A DNA stretch of 63,953 nt, filler included, from Nemertoderma westbladi (Eukaryota; Animalia; Xenacoelomorpha), in the NCBI GenBank assembly GCA_032718475.1. It is 4 parts of 4 records of this genome, joined end to end, with 100 filler letters (N's around TTAATTAATTAA, not from the genome) between each part and the next. Parts side by side here need not be neighbours in the genome. Positions count along the whole stretch, not along the records: positions 43,314 to 54,900 come from JAUCBJ010000502.1; positions 55,001 to 63,953 come from JAUCBJ010006099.1; 2 more parts are not named here. One strand, 5' to 3'. Position numbers and translations under genes: made by a program. How positions within the stretch are numbered: the stretch's first letter is position 1; the number at the start of each line of letters is the position of its first letter. Shown here piece after piece: positions 49,114 through 60,326 of this stretch. Under the pieces are notes generated by a model that was not told the DNA's origin, made no database searches, and saw only the letters and a program-made list of their open reading frames with translations.

Positions 49114-50791
49114 CTACTGCTACACCCTACTGCTGGCAGGCTGGTGACGTTGTAAAGACTGGCGAAATTTGAGGTTTTGTCTCAAATTTGAGGTTTAACC
49201 TCAAATTTCAATTTTCGCCCCCAATAAAAGCATGTTTGCATCGGTGAAATATTTTATTGCATCGATAAAAGTTCTTATTTTACATTATATTTTAACATAT
49301 TAAAAGTAGAAGTTGCTCCAACAGTTTCCCTAAGTCGCAGCAACACTCGATATTATGAGCCTAAAAATACCTCAAATTTGAACAAAAAACACCAATTTTC
49401 GACAGTCTATTACCAGAATTCGAAATTTGGGGTAACCCCAAAATTGATGATCTCCCTGACTGGCAGAAGCAGACTATTACAGATAGGCCCTACTGTAAAA
49501 AATTGTAAATGCTATGATCAGATGATTGCTGGATTGTACACTGTACCACTGCCAGACTGCAGCCATTTAGAATAACAGATAATACTAGTTAAATCTTGTA
49601 GAATCGGGTGTTTTCTGTCACTTTTAAAAAAGGTCAAACAGTCAAACCGGGTGATTTTCAAACCTGTGATGAAAACTTTTGAAATTTCTGGTGGGCTATT
49701 ATATAACAACTTGTCAGCTTGTAGTTCAGTTTAATGTCTGATATTTGAAAAAAAAATGCAGAAATGGCGTTTCTAGGACAGAATTTCATTGTGATTTTTT
49801 TAAAAGTCATTCCAATGGCCTTACAACAGTACAACCCCATGAGAGGGGTGCTAGGGCATTTGAAATTTATACAATATTGGTGGCCATACCACTGTACCAC
49901 CCCGCCCTGGGGTGGTACTGTGGTATGGCCACCCCAGTTTCTTTTTAAAAAAAATCCCCCCTGGCTGTCTGGGGACCTGAAATAGAAATTTACCATGGGT
50001 TTCAAAAGTTTAATATATAGCTGAGATGTGTAGGTTTCTTCCTATGGGTGGCCATGAAGGTTTCATGTAACTGTGCTCCCATGGGATTAAAAAAAGTTGA
50101 AAAAATGGCCATACAACCCCAGCCTACAGCCTACCCTACCTACATACAGACATACCAAGGACTGCAGCCATATACCGATATATGCAACAGTCTGAAGGTG
50201 CTTACCCATAATACAGTAATACTGTATGTGAGTGAAAATGCAGAATACACTGCACTATGACTAGGCTAATGATAATCACAAATATAGGCCTACAGACTGA
50301 CAGACTTCAGGTAGGCAATGGGTTCAGGACTTAATGCACACTGGTAGCTGGCTGAGTACAGCCACAGGCTGACAGCGACAGTGGACTGGTCACTGACTGG
50401 CGACAGTGAGTAGACTGGTGGCTGGTGCGGTGCAGCACTGCACTTATTTACTTCTATAAGTAAAAACGCACCAACATGCACAACACAATAAAATAAGATC
50501 ATTTTTTTAAACATTCACTGAGTGACAGATAGAGGCCGTATCTAAATAATCAAATATTAATATACATATAGTATACTATACAAATACACCGATATAAAAA
50601 CAAATTTATTACTATTGGTAAGTATGTTGGTCGTTGGTGTATGCGATATACAATATAAAATAAGTATGTAAGATATTGTTTTTAAAATACATAAAATAAA
50701 TTATTAAAATAAGTCTGTAGGATAGTGATCTTAAAATAGAAACAAACAGCACATTAAAATACTTAAAATTTAATAAAATAAAATGATTTAA

Positions 50792-51501
50792 GGGGGGGGT
50801 ACACCATTTTCGGACAACTCTTCGATTTATCACTCTCAGCGTTTCAAAATTGTTTGATTTTGGCTAAAATTTGGCATATAGGTGCCTAAGATGCTATACC
50901 ACATGACAGGTCAGAAAAAAATTTTTTTTCGCTATTTAATATTAGTTAATACTAGTTAACAACAAAAAAAACTTGGTTGCGCTTAAAACCCTAAGGCTTT
51001 TACAGTTTTGAATCTAATCACATGAAAGTTTTTTTATATGATAGATCAAAGATGGGGCAACATAACTATCAGGCGAAATTTTGTTAAAATAATTCTGCAC
51101 CGCTAGGTGGCGCTGCAAATTTATGCAAATTTTTAGGTTTTTTATAAATAGTATTAAATTTTATTAACAAAAAATTTCGAAAAGTTGCCTGATACTTTTA
51201 TGCAGGGTGGCTATCTAGACACCCACAGGAAGTTTCAGACTAATTACTCAAAAATTGTAGAAGTAGTAGGGTTTTGAAGTTGACAATTTCATGAAAAAAA
51301 TATTTTGAGATAATCGACCTTTCATTATACACAGTAATAGTAATTTCAATAGGATTCCGTAAATCGAAATTTACATAACTTGAAAACTAAAAGAGCTATT
51401 AAATAGCGGTTTCAGATTTGGAAACACCATGCAATGGTGCATTACAATAGATCATAAAAAAAATTTCGACATATTTTGGACCAAAATGGTGTACCCCCCC
51501 C
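50792..51501. mobile_element. Kolobok-like MITE
   Basis: Perfect 19-bp TIR GGGGGGGGTACACCATTTT, TTAA TSD at 50788-50791 and 51502-51505. Purine-initial ends argue against piggyBac. Confidence 0.85.
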
Positions 51502-51645
51502 TTAAGAAAAAGATTTAATTATTTTAAGTTAATGTTAGTATAGTTTTATTCTTAAAATAAGCCGTGTTTAATAAAATAAGGATATTATGTAATGTAGGTT
51601 TATTGAATTAAAATAATGTATTTAAAATAATGGAATAAGTATGTT

Positions 51646-51830
51646 ACAGTCCAGATCACCAACAGAGTGCCATCGGATCCGATCTGAACCGATCGGATCC
51701 AACAGCTTCAAACACTTTCAGACAAACTCCAACAGTCCAACAACTTCAAACAGATTCAGACAGTTTCAAACAGATTCAGACAGTTTCAAACAAAATCAGA
51801 CAACTTCCAACAACCTGTCAATCACTCCAC
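51646..51830 (+). repeat. End of a TA-CAGT (Tc1/mariner-like) repeat family with 10-bp internal repeats
   Basis: TACAGTCCAGATCACCAACAGAGTGCCATCGGATCCGATC is shared with the 53.5 and 54.2 kb copies. Confidence 0.7.
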
Positions 51831-53059
51831 CCACACTCAACCGCAACCCCAACTCAACTCCCATCTTCTTGCGCGCAGATAGAATGAAAGCGTTTGAAAC
51901 TACTGTACTAAAGGAACTCCATTCATAAAGCCACAATAACGACAGAGTGGACTGGCCACTGGCGGCGCCCTTGAACATTTACACTGTAACTTAAGCCGAC
52001 CTGAAGGAACAGCCCATTAGTGAGGTCGGTATTTCTCTTTATTCCTGCCGCTATCTTTGAATAACACAATAGCAGAAAGCTAACCAGTGGTCTACCCCCA
52101 ATACAAGACAAGTTGGCTACCATTGAAATGAATGGGGAATGGAATTCTGTGTTCACATACTAATGTTGCTTTGGGTTGGTCTAGACCCATACAATAGAGC
52201 TTTACGGAAATACACTTCCAAAGAGCCAAGCAGTGGCGGTATAGGTCCAAAATGTAGAATTTCTTCGAATGAGGCTCAATTTCTTTAAGTTACATTAATT
52301 CAAATACTGATAAATATATTTTGCTTTTCGCAGGAGGGACAGTATCCCCCTCTACAGTTAATATAGTGTACGTACATGTGTTAGTTATATCGTTGCGTTT
52401 ATTTATATTTATACAGGTTTGGATATGATCTCTACTAGTTTGATTTTTGTTTTGTCAATTAATTAATTGTGCGGTTAATTTGTCAATCACAGCCTTAATT
52501 GGCTACATTGCTTATTGTATGAATGAATATAATTAGTTATTAAGACATTATTTTAATTAGTATCTGGTGTGATTAGGTCTACCTTTTACATAACAATAGT
52601 ACGTCAATGGCGCATATACTACTACTAAGTCGAGCGAACTCGGACAGTGGAAATGAGATCCTTCCAGGCTTCCCGATTCTCCATAGTTGTCGCAATTTCG
52701 TTTCTCCCAAGTTCAGAGATGGCGGATATACATTACATCATAATATGGCATGGCAGTGACGTGAAAACAAGTGCCTTTACATTCCCAATTCTCTATCTAA
52801 CGTAGGGCCCCGTCCCTACGTTCACCCTCCCTTGTGAAGGGCTAGAGCTTTCGACCCATCATTACCAAAGGGTAGTGATAACATTCAAAATAAGTTTTCC
52901 CATGTATACGTAATTTTATTCTTAAATAGGTACTTGTTTGTTCCTAAATTCTGCCTACATGCTGCCTTACTCAATGTTAAATAATTTATTGTTCTCGAAT
53001 ATTTATTTCGTAACTAGGGAACCGCTTAACTACAAACCAATATTGGATATGGAGTTCCG

Positions 53060-54726
53060 TTCTAGTTAATTAATTGATATAATTAACGACATAAGTATGT
53101 AAATAAAAATTGTTAAATGAAACAAATCTTTGTTTCGGTTTATAATTGACAATAGCACACCCTCACAATCACTTCAAATTGAGAGTCAAAGTGATTGACA
53201 TTTTGTTAATGAACTACGCTTTTGTAAGGCATTGGCAAATTCCAACAAATTCCGATGGCGTCAAACATCTTCAGACAACTTCAAACAGTTTCAGACAATT
53301 TCAAACAGCTTCAGACAACTTCAAACAACTTCAGATAGCTTCCAACAACATCCAACAGAAATTTCAAACACTTTCAGACGGATTTCAGACAGATTCAGAT
53401 GGGCTCCAACAGACTAAACTTGGTGGAAATATTTTCTCCAACAGAATCAAACAGTACTAAATCTCCGTAGGTTAGCATTGTGCTTGTTTGAATCTGTCGG
53501 AGTGTGTTGGATCCGATCGGATCCGATGGCACTCTGTTGGTGAGCTGGACTGTAGTATATGCGATATACAATATAAAATAAGTATGTAGTGAATTATTTT
53601 TAAAATACATAAAATAAATTAAAATAAGTCTGTACGATAGTGATCTTAAAATAGAAGCAAACAACACATTAAAATATTAAAATACTTAAAAATTAATAAA
53701 ATAAAATGTTTTAAGCATGAAAACGACTGAAGGAAACCAGTACTGAAGTAGTTGAAAGTGGCCCAAGCCTGCAGGCAGTGAGGCTGAGGCCCAGCCAGCC
53801 AGGCCAGCCAGACTGAAATACATACTGTACACTTTGTGCCGGATTAATCCGGTGCGCTTTACAATAAAATCTCGCCAGTGTGGCGCGAGTGGCGCGCTCG
53901 AAAAGCGTAAAATGCTCCGCCTTGGCGAGTGGCGTTCACAAAAATAAAAACTGGCGCCGATTTGTTGGTTTAAACAATTCTGGAAGTGCCTTAAATTTGC
54001 ATTACCAGATTACCTCGCTGCTATGTCTTGTACTTGTCTAAAAATTTCGGCTCGCTTCGCTCGCCCTTTCTTTATTCTATTGTATGGTTACTATTTTATA
54101 TCGCAATAATTTTTATTGTCCGTTTAAATCCTTTTTTTGTCCTTTTTTTTTATTTTTTATGTCCTCCAAAAGTCTAATGTTAGGTTCCATGCTACCGGTT
54201 TCTCTACTGCTGTTCTCTCAGGCTATCAGTATCGGTATTAGTACAGTCCCGCTCACCAACAGAGTGCCATCGGATCCGATCGGATCCAACACACTCCGAC
54301 AGCTTCAAACAAGCACAATGCTAACCTACGGAGATTTAGTACTGTTTGATTCTGTTGGAGAAAATATTTCCAACAAGTTTAGTCTGTTGGAGCCCATCTG
54401 AATCTGTCTGAAATCCGTCTGAAAGTGTTTGAAATTTCTGTTGGATGTTGTTGGAAGCTATCTGAAGTTGTTTGAAGCTGTCTGAAATTGTCTGAAACTG
54501 TTTGAAGTTGTCTGAAGATGTTTGACGCCATCGGAATTTGTTGGAATTTGCCAATGCCTTACAAAAGCGTAGTTCATTAACAAAATGTCAATCACTTTAA
54601 CTCTCAATTTGAAGTGATTGTGAGGGTGTGCTATTGTCAATTATAAACCGAAACAAAGATTTGTTTCATTTAACAATTTTTATTTACATAATTATGTCGT
54701 TAATTATATCAATTAATTAACTAGAA
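53060..54726. repeat. Inverted pair of about 490-bp copies of the same family
   Basis: 53060-53554 is the near reverse complement of 54242-54726, with the TA-CAGT ends facing inward. Confidence 0.9.
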
Positions 54727-54900
54727 TGCATAAACGAATATTAAATTCCTATAATATAAATTCCGATAAATGAATATAATAACACCAACACGTTTTTAAT
54801 TCCTTAATTTAATTACGAAATGTAAATAATGCTATAATAATACTGTATATTAGTTTCTTTGACGTAGGGCACTAAATACTGCACATAAACAGATATAAAC

Positions 54901-55000
54901 NNNNNNNNNNNNNNNNNNNNNNNNNNNNNNNNNNNNNNNNNNNNTTAATTAATTAANNNNNNNNNNNNNNNNNNNNNNNNNNNNNNNNNNNNNNNNNNNN
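54901..55000. other. Artificial contig linker
   Basis: 44 N + TTAATTAATTAA + 44 N. Confidence 0.97.
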
Positions 55001-55512
55001 ATACCGGTATGTCAAAAGCAGTAATTCATAAATTTCTCAATAACTGTAGTTTATTACAAGCCAATATATAGTTTCAAACTTCCCACCAAAAATGCTGTGT
55101 TTATACTGTCCAATAGAATACGTTCAAAATGAATCAACTGTTAAAAAACAATATTTTATGGTTTTTTATGCTATTTTAGTGAAAAGTGAGTCTGGGAGTC
55201 GTATATCTATTAGCTCATAGATCGATAACTATAAAAGATATGAATAAACCGTTTATATTTTTGAAATCCCCTTAAAATTTACTACTAAATGAGATCAAAA
55301 AAACGATTTTCCAAATTTTGGTTCCAAATTACTATCCACCCCACCCCCCTTAAACGAACAAAATAATCCAAATAATTCTAATTTAAATATACAAACCATT
55401 CCAAATAATAGCCCTAACTCTGAGCAAAATAATTTAAATAATTTAGATAACAATATTATTGATAATGGTGCTATTAATACGAATGTAGGGGACACAGGTG
55501 GTCCGGCCAGCG

Positions 55513-55800
55513 AGAGCCTGCAAGGCCACGTAGTTATGCAGGGAGTAGCGGGGGTGAGTCACCCAAACGGGAGCCTGCAAGGCCACATAGTTACGCAGGG
55601 AGTAGTGGGGGTGAGTCACCCCGACTACGGGAGCCTGCAAGGCCATGTAGTTACAAAGGGAGTAGCGGGGGTGAGTCACCCCGACGGGAGCCTGCAAGAC
55701 CACATAGTTAGGCAGGGAGTAGCGGGGGTGAGTCAACCCGATGGGAGCCTGCAATGCCACACACTCACACAGAGAGAGGTGGGGGTGAGTGGACCCAGCT
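55513..55800 (+). repeat. About 60-bp tandem repeat (5 copies) in gag region
   Basis: GAGCCTGCAAGGCCAC.TAGTT..GCAGGGAGTAGCGGGGGTGAGTCACCC units; about 3 copies at 9124-9290. Confidence 0.85.
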
Positions 55801-57396
55801 GGAGTAGAGATAATGCGTCGACTAGAGAGGGACGTAGAAGCGAAGTAGGAGGTAGTGAAGTAAGAGGTGGCGAATGGGGGGGGGGGGTGGCTATGGGCAC
55901 CCCACCACGAGAGATTAGTGGCGAGAGGGGGGGGGGGGGCAGAGAATGCCCCACAAGGGTCGGCGGATAATGCGTGGGGCGAGTTAGATGAACCGTGGCA
56001 CCCGACGACGGAGAATAGTAGGGGGATTGCGAGTATCCCCAGGGGCATCCAACCGGCTAGAGAGAGAGAGGTTGGCGTTGTGAGCGGGTGAGCGACAAGA
56101 CGTCGAGCCCAGTTGGAAGACGGAAGAAGAACAGTGGAGTTTAACCGGGAGGCCGAAGAGAGATCTCATGAGCGGGATCGCTACACTGAAGAGAGAAGAA
56201 GTGAAGAGAATGGAAGAAGCGTTGCTACAAGCAACCGGAGAGCAAGGACGGACAGTGAACTGTCGGTAGTAGATACGAAGTTAGAGAGTCAGTTTGGTTG
56301 AACTACGGGAGATTGCCGTCACCCCGGAGAGACACAGCCTGGTGTGATATACCACACACCAGGAGAAGGGTACAGAATGTACTGGTACGAGGAGGAGAAC
56401 AGGAGAGGGGATTGAAGAGAAACTTCCCAACGGGATATAGCTGCCGATCGAGAATATGGTAGTCACGGGGACGACTTCTTGGAATATTCGAGAAGAATAA
56501 ACTTCGGTCCGGAGGGACACAGGCAGACTGCAGGACATACTTAGGCCTTACTGCACATACTATATAGGCCATTCTGGAAGAGATAGTGTAGGCGATAGGG
56601 TAGCGTGGACAACGGGATTAGACCCAGAAGTCGCGACATGCATAGTGGTAGATAGGCAAGAGGTGGATAGGCCTATACCGGTACCTGCACACCAGTATGA
56701 CTATAATATGCAGGGATATAAAATATACCCAGGGGAGGGGGGAGCTGTTGCTGATAGGTGTGTGGGGCCCAATATATTAACATCAACCCCAGTACCAAAT
56801 ATAATACCGGTGGGGGGGGGGGGGGGGCAGGGTGACATTCCCCCATTACAATATCAGCAATACACTCAGCCGAGAATAATAATATGGAGGGGGCCGTTAC
56901 CCCCAATGATATATCCGACACAGAAAAAATCAACAGGCCCGACAGGTGGACTGCACCCAACAACAGGAGAGTCTGTATGGCATCCGTCGAACCCATTGAA
57001 AGCACAGACGATGGGTATGGCAACACTCATTGATGCGCTTAAGACCAGGATCGAGCTGCTACCAGTGGAGCCATTTAAATTCGATGGAAGCAGACCGGAA
57101 GAATACCTGCAATTCCGACACATGTACAGTAATGAAATATTAACTAAAAACCTGATGCAGGCGGAATGCCTAAAATATTTACAAGTTTACACAGGGGGCC
57201 CAGCGTACGATATCGTGAGGCAGTATCAAGGTATCGAGGGTGGCTTCACAACTGCATGGTGGGCCCTAGACAGGGAATACGGACACCCTGCCAAGATCAT
57301 CCGGCAGACCTTGAGGGGAATAACATCGGGTGGCCTACAGGATAACCCTGTCAGTATAAAGACTTTCGCGAATAAAAGGTCGAGAAGGCGCTAATC

Positions 57397-59085
57397 GTGC
57401 TAAAGAACTTGGATGCGCCATACGAACTCAACGCATCGAATAACATCACCACGATAGCGCAGGCACTGCCAATCTGGCTACAGAACAAATGGAGGAAGAT
57501 CGCCTTCTCCACCCGGGAGAAGAAAGGTGCGGAACCGGGCCTAGAGGAAATGTCAAACTTCCTCAATTATGAAGCAGAGTTGATTACAGACCAAGTCTAC
57601 AGTGAGGATAGTTTGGGGAAGGCGCCGAAAGCCGAATACAACAGGCCTAAACCCGAACACAGTCCGGTGGATCCATTCCCGAGAGTGAGACAGTCGCTAC
57701 CACATACGGCCACACAGGGGACTGCTAGTCCACAGTTAGCTGGGAGTAGGGCCACACCGTGGCAGGGACAGAAACAAAATAACAACACGAACAAATATAA
57801 TCCCAACACACCCAGTAGGCCGAGTCCAAATAACCAAAACACTAAACTGGTAGATACGAATCTACGCGCAATACGTGAAGGGCTATACAAGGAACGCTAC
57901 AATCCAGGATACGAATGTCAATTGCATAGGGATGGAACCCACAAGACCATGAGTTGTAAGCATTGGCAAGCGTTGCCTAAACAAGATCGTGTAGCCTATG
58001 CGGATACAAACGGACTATGTCATCGATGCGTGGTAGAGGGACACAGATTCGGAGAGTGTAGAGATACACCGACAGAATATGGCGAGACTGGAGGCCAAAC
58101 AATTGCTACGAGCACAACAGGAGCAAGAAGAAAGAGGAAAGTACTACTCGGGGTAGTACCAGTGAGGTTATCAGGAAAGGGCGGCCGATCAGTCACAACA
58201 TTGATGCTGGTCGACAGCGGAGCAGCCTTCACGCTGGTGGATAATTGGATGGCCGAGGAGATAGGGTTACAGACGAGGCCAAGTAGGATGGCAGTAACTA
58301 CTATCTCGAGCAAGGATGAGGTCCTGGAGATGAGGACGGGACAGTGCGAGATATCAGCAATAGCACCGGGATGTGACTATGGGGTGACCATCGACCCCAT
58401 ACAGATAATAGAATCGATTAACATAAACGCCAGGCGACCCACCAGGATCGAGGTCGAGCAATACCAGTTCCTGGACAATATCGATTTCTCAATACCAGAA
58501 GTGGACGTCTCAAAGGTATCCATCATAGTCGGAATGGATTGTCCGATGGCCCATGAGAGAGTAAGGACCATATTCGGAGAGAATAAGCAGCGGGATCCGA
58601 CGACGATTCTCACGCCGTTCGGATGGATGCTTAGCGGCCCAATTAAAACCAAGATTCCATCCAGGGTGTCGGAGACATCAGGGTGCATGCTATCAGGCAC
58701 TGTTAAGGATGTAGAGAAGAAACCAGAGACGGGCTATGGGGAGGTCCCATGTGAGAAGCGGCCCGGGGAAGGATACCAGGAGTTGGGTATGGATCTGGAA
58801 CCACACATAGTGGATTGTGGTGAAAGGATAGAGGATGGTTCCAGGGAAATACCGTCGGTAGATGAATTAGGAGGGGAAGCAACAGCAAGAGAGTGGGCGG
58901 AGGAGAATGGATTCGACGCGGAAGACTCAGAGACGATGGGATGGAACAAGGATGCCCCCGGCAACTATCGGTATGAGGATAGAGAAGAGTGGACGGCGAG
59001 ATGTCCGGAGAACTTTTATTATCCATTCTGTTTTATCTATTCTTTCGATTTCTTTTCATTCTACCACCAGGTGACGACAAGATGA
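57397..59085 (+). CDS. BEL gag C-terminus + aspartic protease (frameshifted from 56645-57394)
   Basis: Zinc knuckles CQLHRDGTHKTMSC and CHRCVVEGHRFGEC, protease LVDSGAAFTLV, IIVGMD, TPFGWMLSGP. Confidence 0.85.
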   Translation: MLKNLDAPYELNASNNITTIAQALPIWLQNKWRKIAFSTREKKGAEPGLEEMSNFLNYEAELITDQVYSEDSLGKAPKAEYNRPKPEHSPVDPFPRVRQSLPHTATQGTASPQLAGSRATPWQGQKQNNNTNKYNPNTPSRPSPNNQNTKLVDTNLRAIREGLYKERYNPGYECQLHRDGTHKTMSCKHWQALPKQDRVAYADTNGLCHRCVVEGHRFGECRDTPTEYGETGGQTIATSTTGARRKRKVLLGVVPVRLSGKGGRSVTTLMLVDSGAAFTLVDNWMAEEIGLQTRPSRMAVTTISSKDEVLEMRTGQCEISAIAPGCDYGVTIDPIQIIESININARRPTRIEVEQYQFLDNIDFSIPEVDVSKVSIIVGMDCPMAHERVRTIFGENKQRDPTTILTPFGWMLSGPIKTKIPSRVSETSGCMLSGTVKDVEKKPETGYGEVPCEKRPGEGYQELGMDLEPHIVDCGERIEDGSREIPSVDELGGEATAREWAEENGFDAEDSETMGWNKDAPGNYRYEDREEWTARCPENFYYPFCFIYSFDFFSFYHQVTTR

Positions 59086-59721
59086 AGGGTGGCATTTTGC
59101 TGCCAGAGGACCATGAGGAAATCAAGAAGGCGACCGAAAGACCCGATTTTAGGGTGGTGGAGAGAGGAGAATCAATTCCTAGAGAGTTGGAATTGGCAAG
59201 GAGAGTGTGGCGAAGGATAAGAGGACATACAGGGGGGCAGTGGGAGAGTGCCTGCTGGAAGAATCACCCTTGAAGTTTAGTCATCCAATATGTTGGACTG
59301 AGGGGGGTGGGAATGAGGGCGAGACGCCCTTCTCACACATAAATAAAATATAAATAATAAAAAATAATAGAGTAAGAAGTAATAATAATGTGAATTACAG
59401 ACTAATAATTAAACTAAATGAAAAAACACAATAATAACATACACATCAGACAGTCTGCTTATGTAATGTAGGTAGGCTACCGGTGTTACTGTAGTTATAG
59501 AAAAAAATAAAATCACGTTATAAATAATTGCACTGCATTTTGAAGAAATTTAATTAAATTTTTAAAATAATATTTTGAAAAATAAATAAATAGAAATGAA
59601 AGACATATTGAGATAAATACGATAAATATAGGACAGAAAAGTTAAGGAATGACAGGTCGGGGGGGGGGGACTTGGATAAGAGAAGATCGTGAAGGGGGGG
59701 GGGGGAATAACTACAGTAGAA

Positions 59722-60279
59722 TTAGTTCAATGGACGTGGTGTGGTCATTATAAGGGAGGGGCTTAACGAACGGATGTAAAGTGTTTCTTTAATATTGAGA
59801 TCTAGAATATCTTTGCCTGTTGCGAGAATTTTGAAGTTGTCAGTAAGAATGGGGTGGTCACAGGAAATGGAATGGTCAAAAATAGCGGAATCTTTAGGGA
59901 CAGAAAACCTACCCGTCCGGTAGGTCTTACCAGTGTGCTCCTCAATGCGTTTCCCTAGGTGTCGTATGGTACGACCAATGTAGGAGGCTGGGCAGCTTCC
60001 ACAGTTGTATTTATAGACGACTCCGGAACGCATGAGGAGGGGGGCGCAGTCTTTATAGGGAAAGAGGGAGGACAACCTACAGCTATTTTGAAAGACTATT
60101 TTGAGTTCTATATGGGGGAAGCATCGAAATAAACGTAATAGGCAATTCTTAATTAGAATGCCGTGGTGATCTGTGAATGGAAGGCATATCATCACGGGGC
60201 GTTTTGGAACAGACTGGGAAGTGGCTGGAGGGTTATTTAGTCTAGAGAGAAAGAGATTGGTGACAGAGTCCATAATCAA
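59722..60279 (-). mobile_element. Penelope-like element GIY-YIG endonuclease segment (inverted)
   Basis: SGVVYKYNCGSCPASYIGRTIRHLGKRIEEH...SAIFDH...FKIL...KETLYI...PSL. Confidence 0.9.
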
Positions 60280-60326
60280 GGTTTCACCCGTAATCAGTTC
60301 AAAACCTTGTTAAAATTATCTGTTAA

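Larger units (their letters stand above)
43801..49458. mobile_element. hAT-like element termini enclosing nested insertions
   Basis: 15-bp TIR CAGGGAGATCATCAA / TTGATGATCTCCCTG with CTCAAATTT subterminal repeats at both ends. No clean 8-bp TSD, so the two ends may belong to different copies. Confidence 0.5.
55300..59340 (+). mobile_element. Third BEL-family copy, internally deleted, no LTR visible
   Basis: 55.3-57.2 kb is homologous to 8.9-10.75 kb. Gag-protease ORF is followed by the last integrase codons and a post-stop motif matching 15360-15490. Confidence 0.88.
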
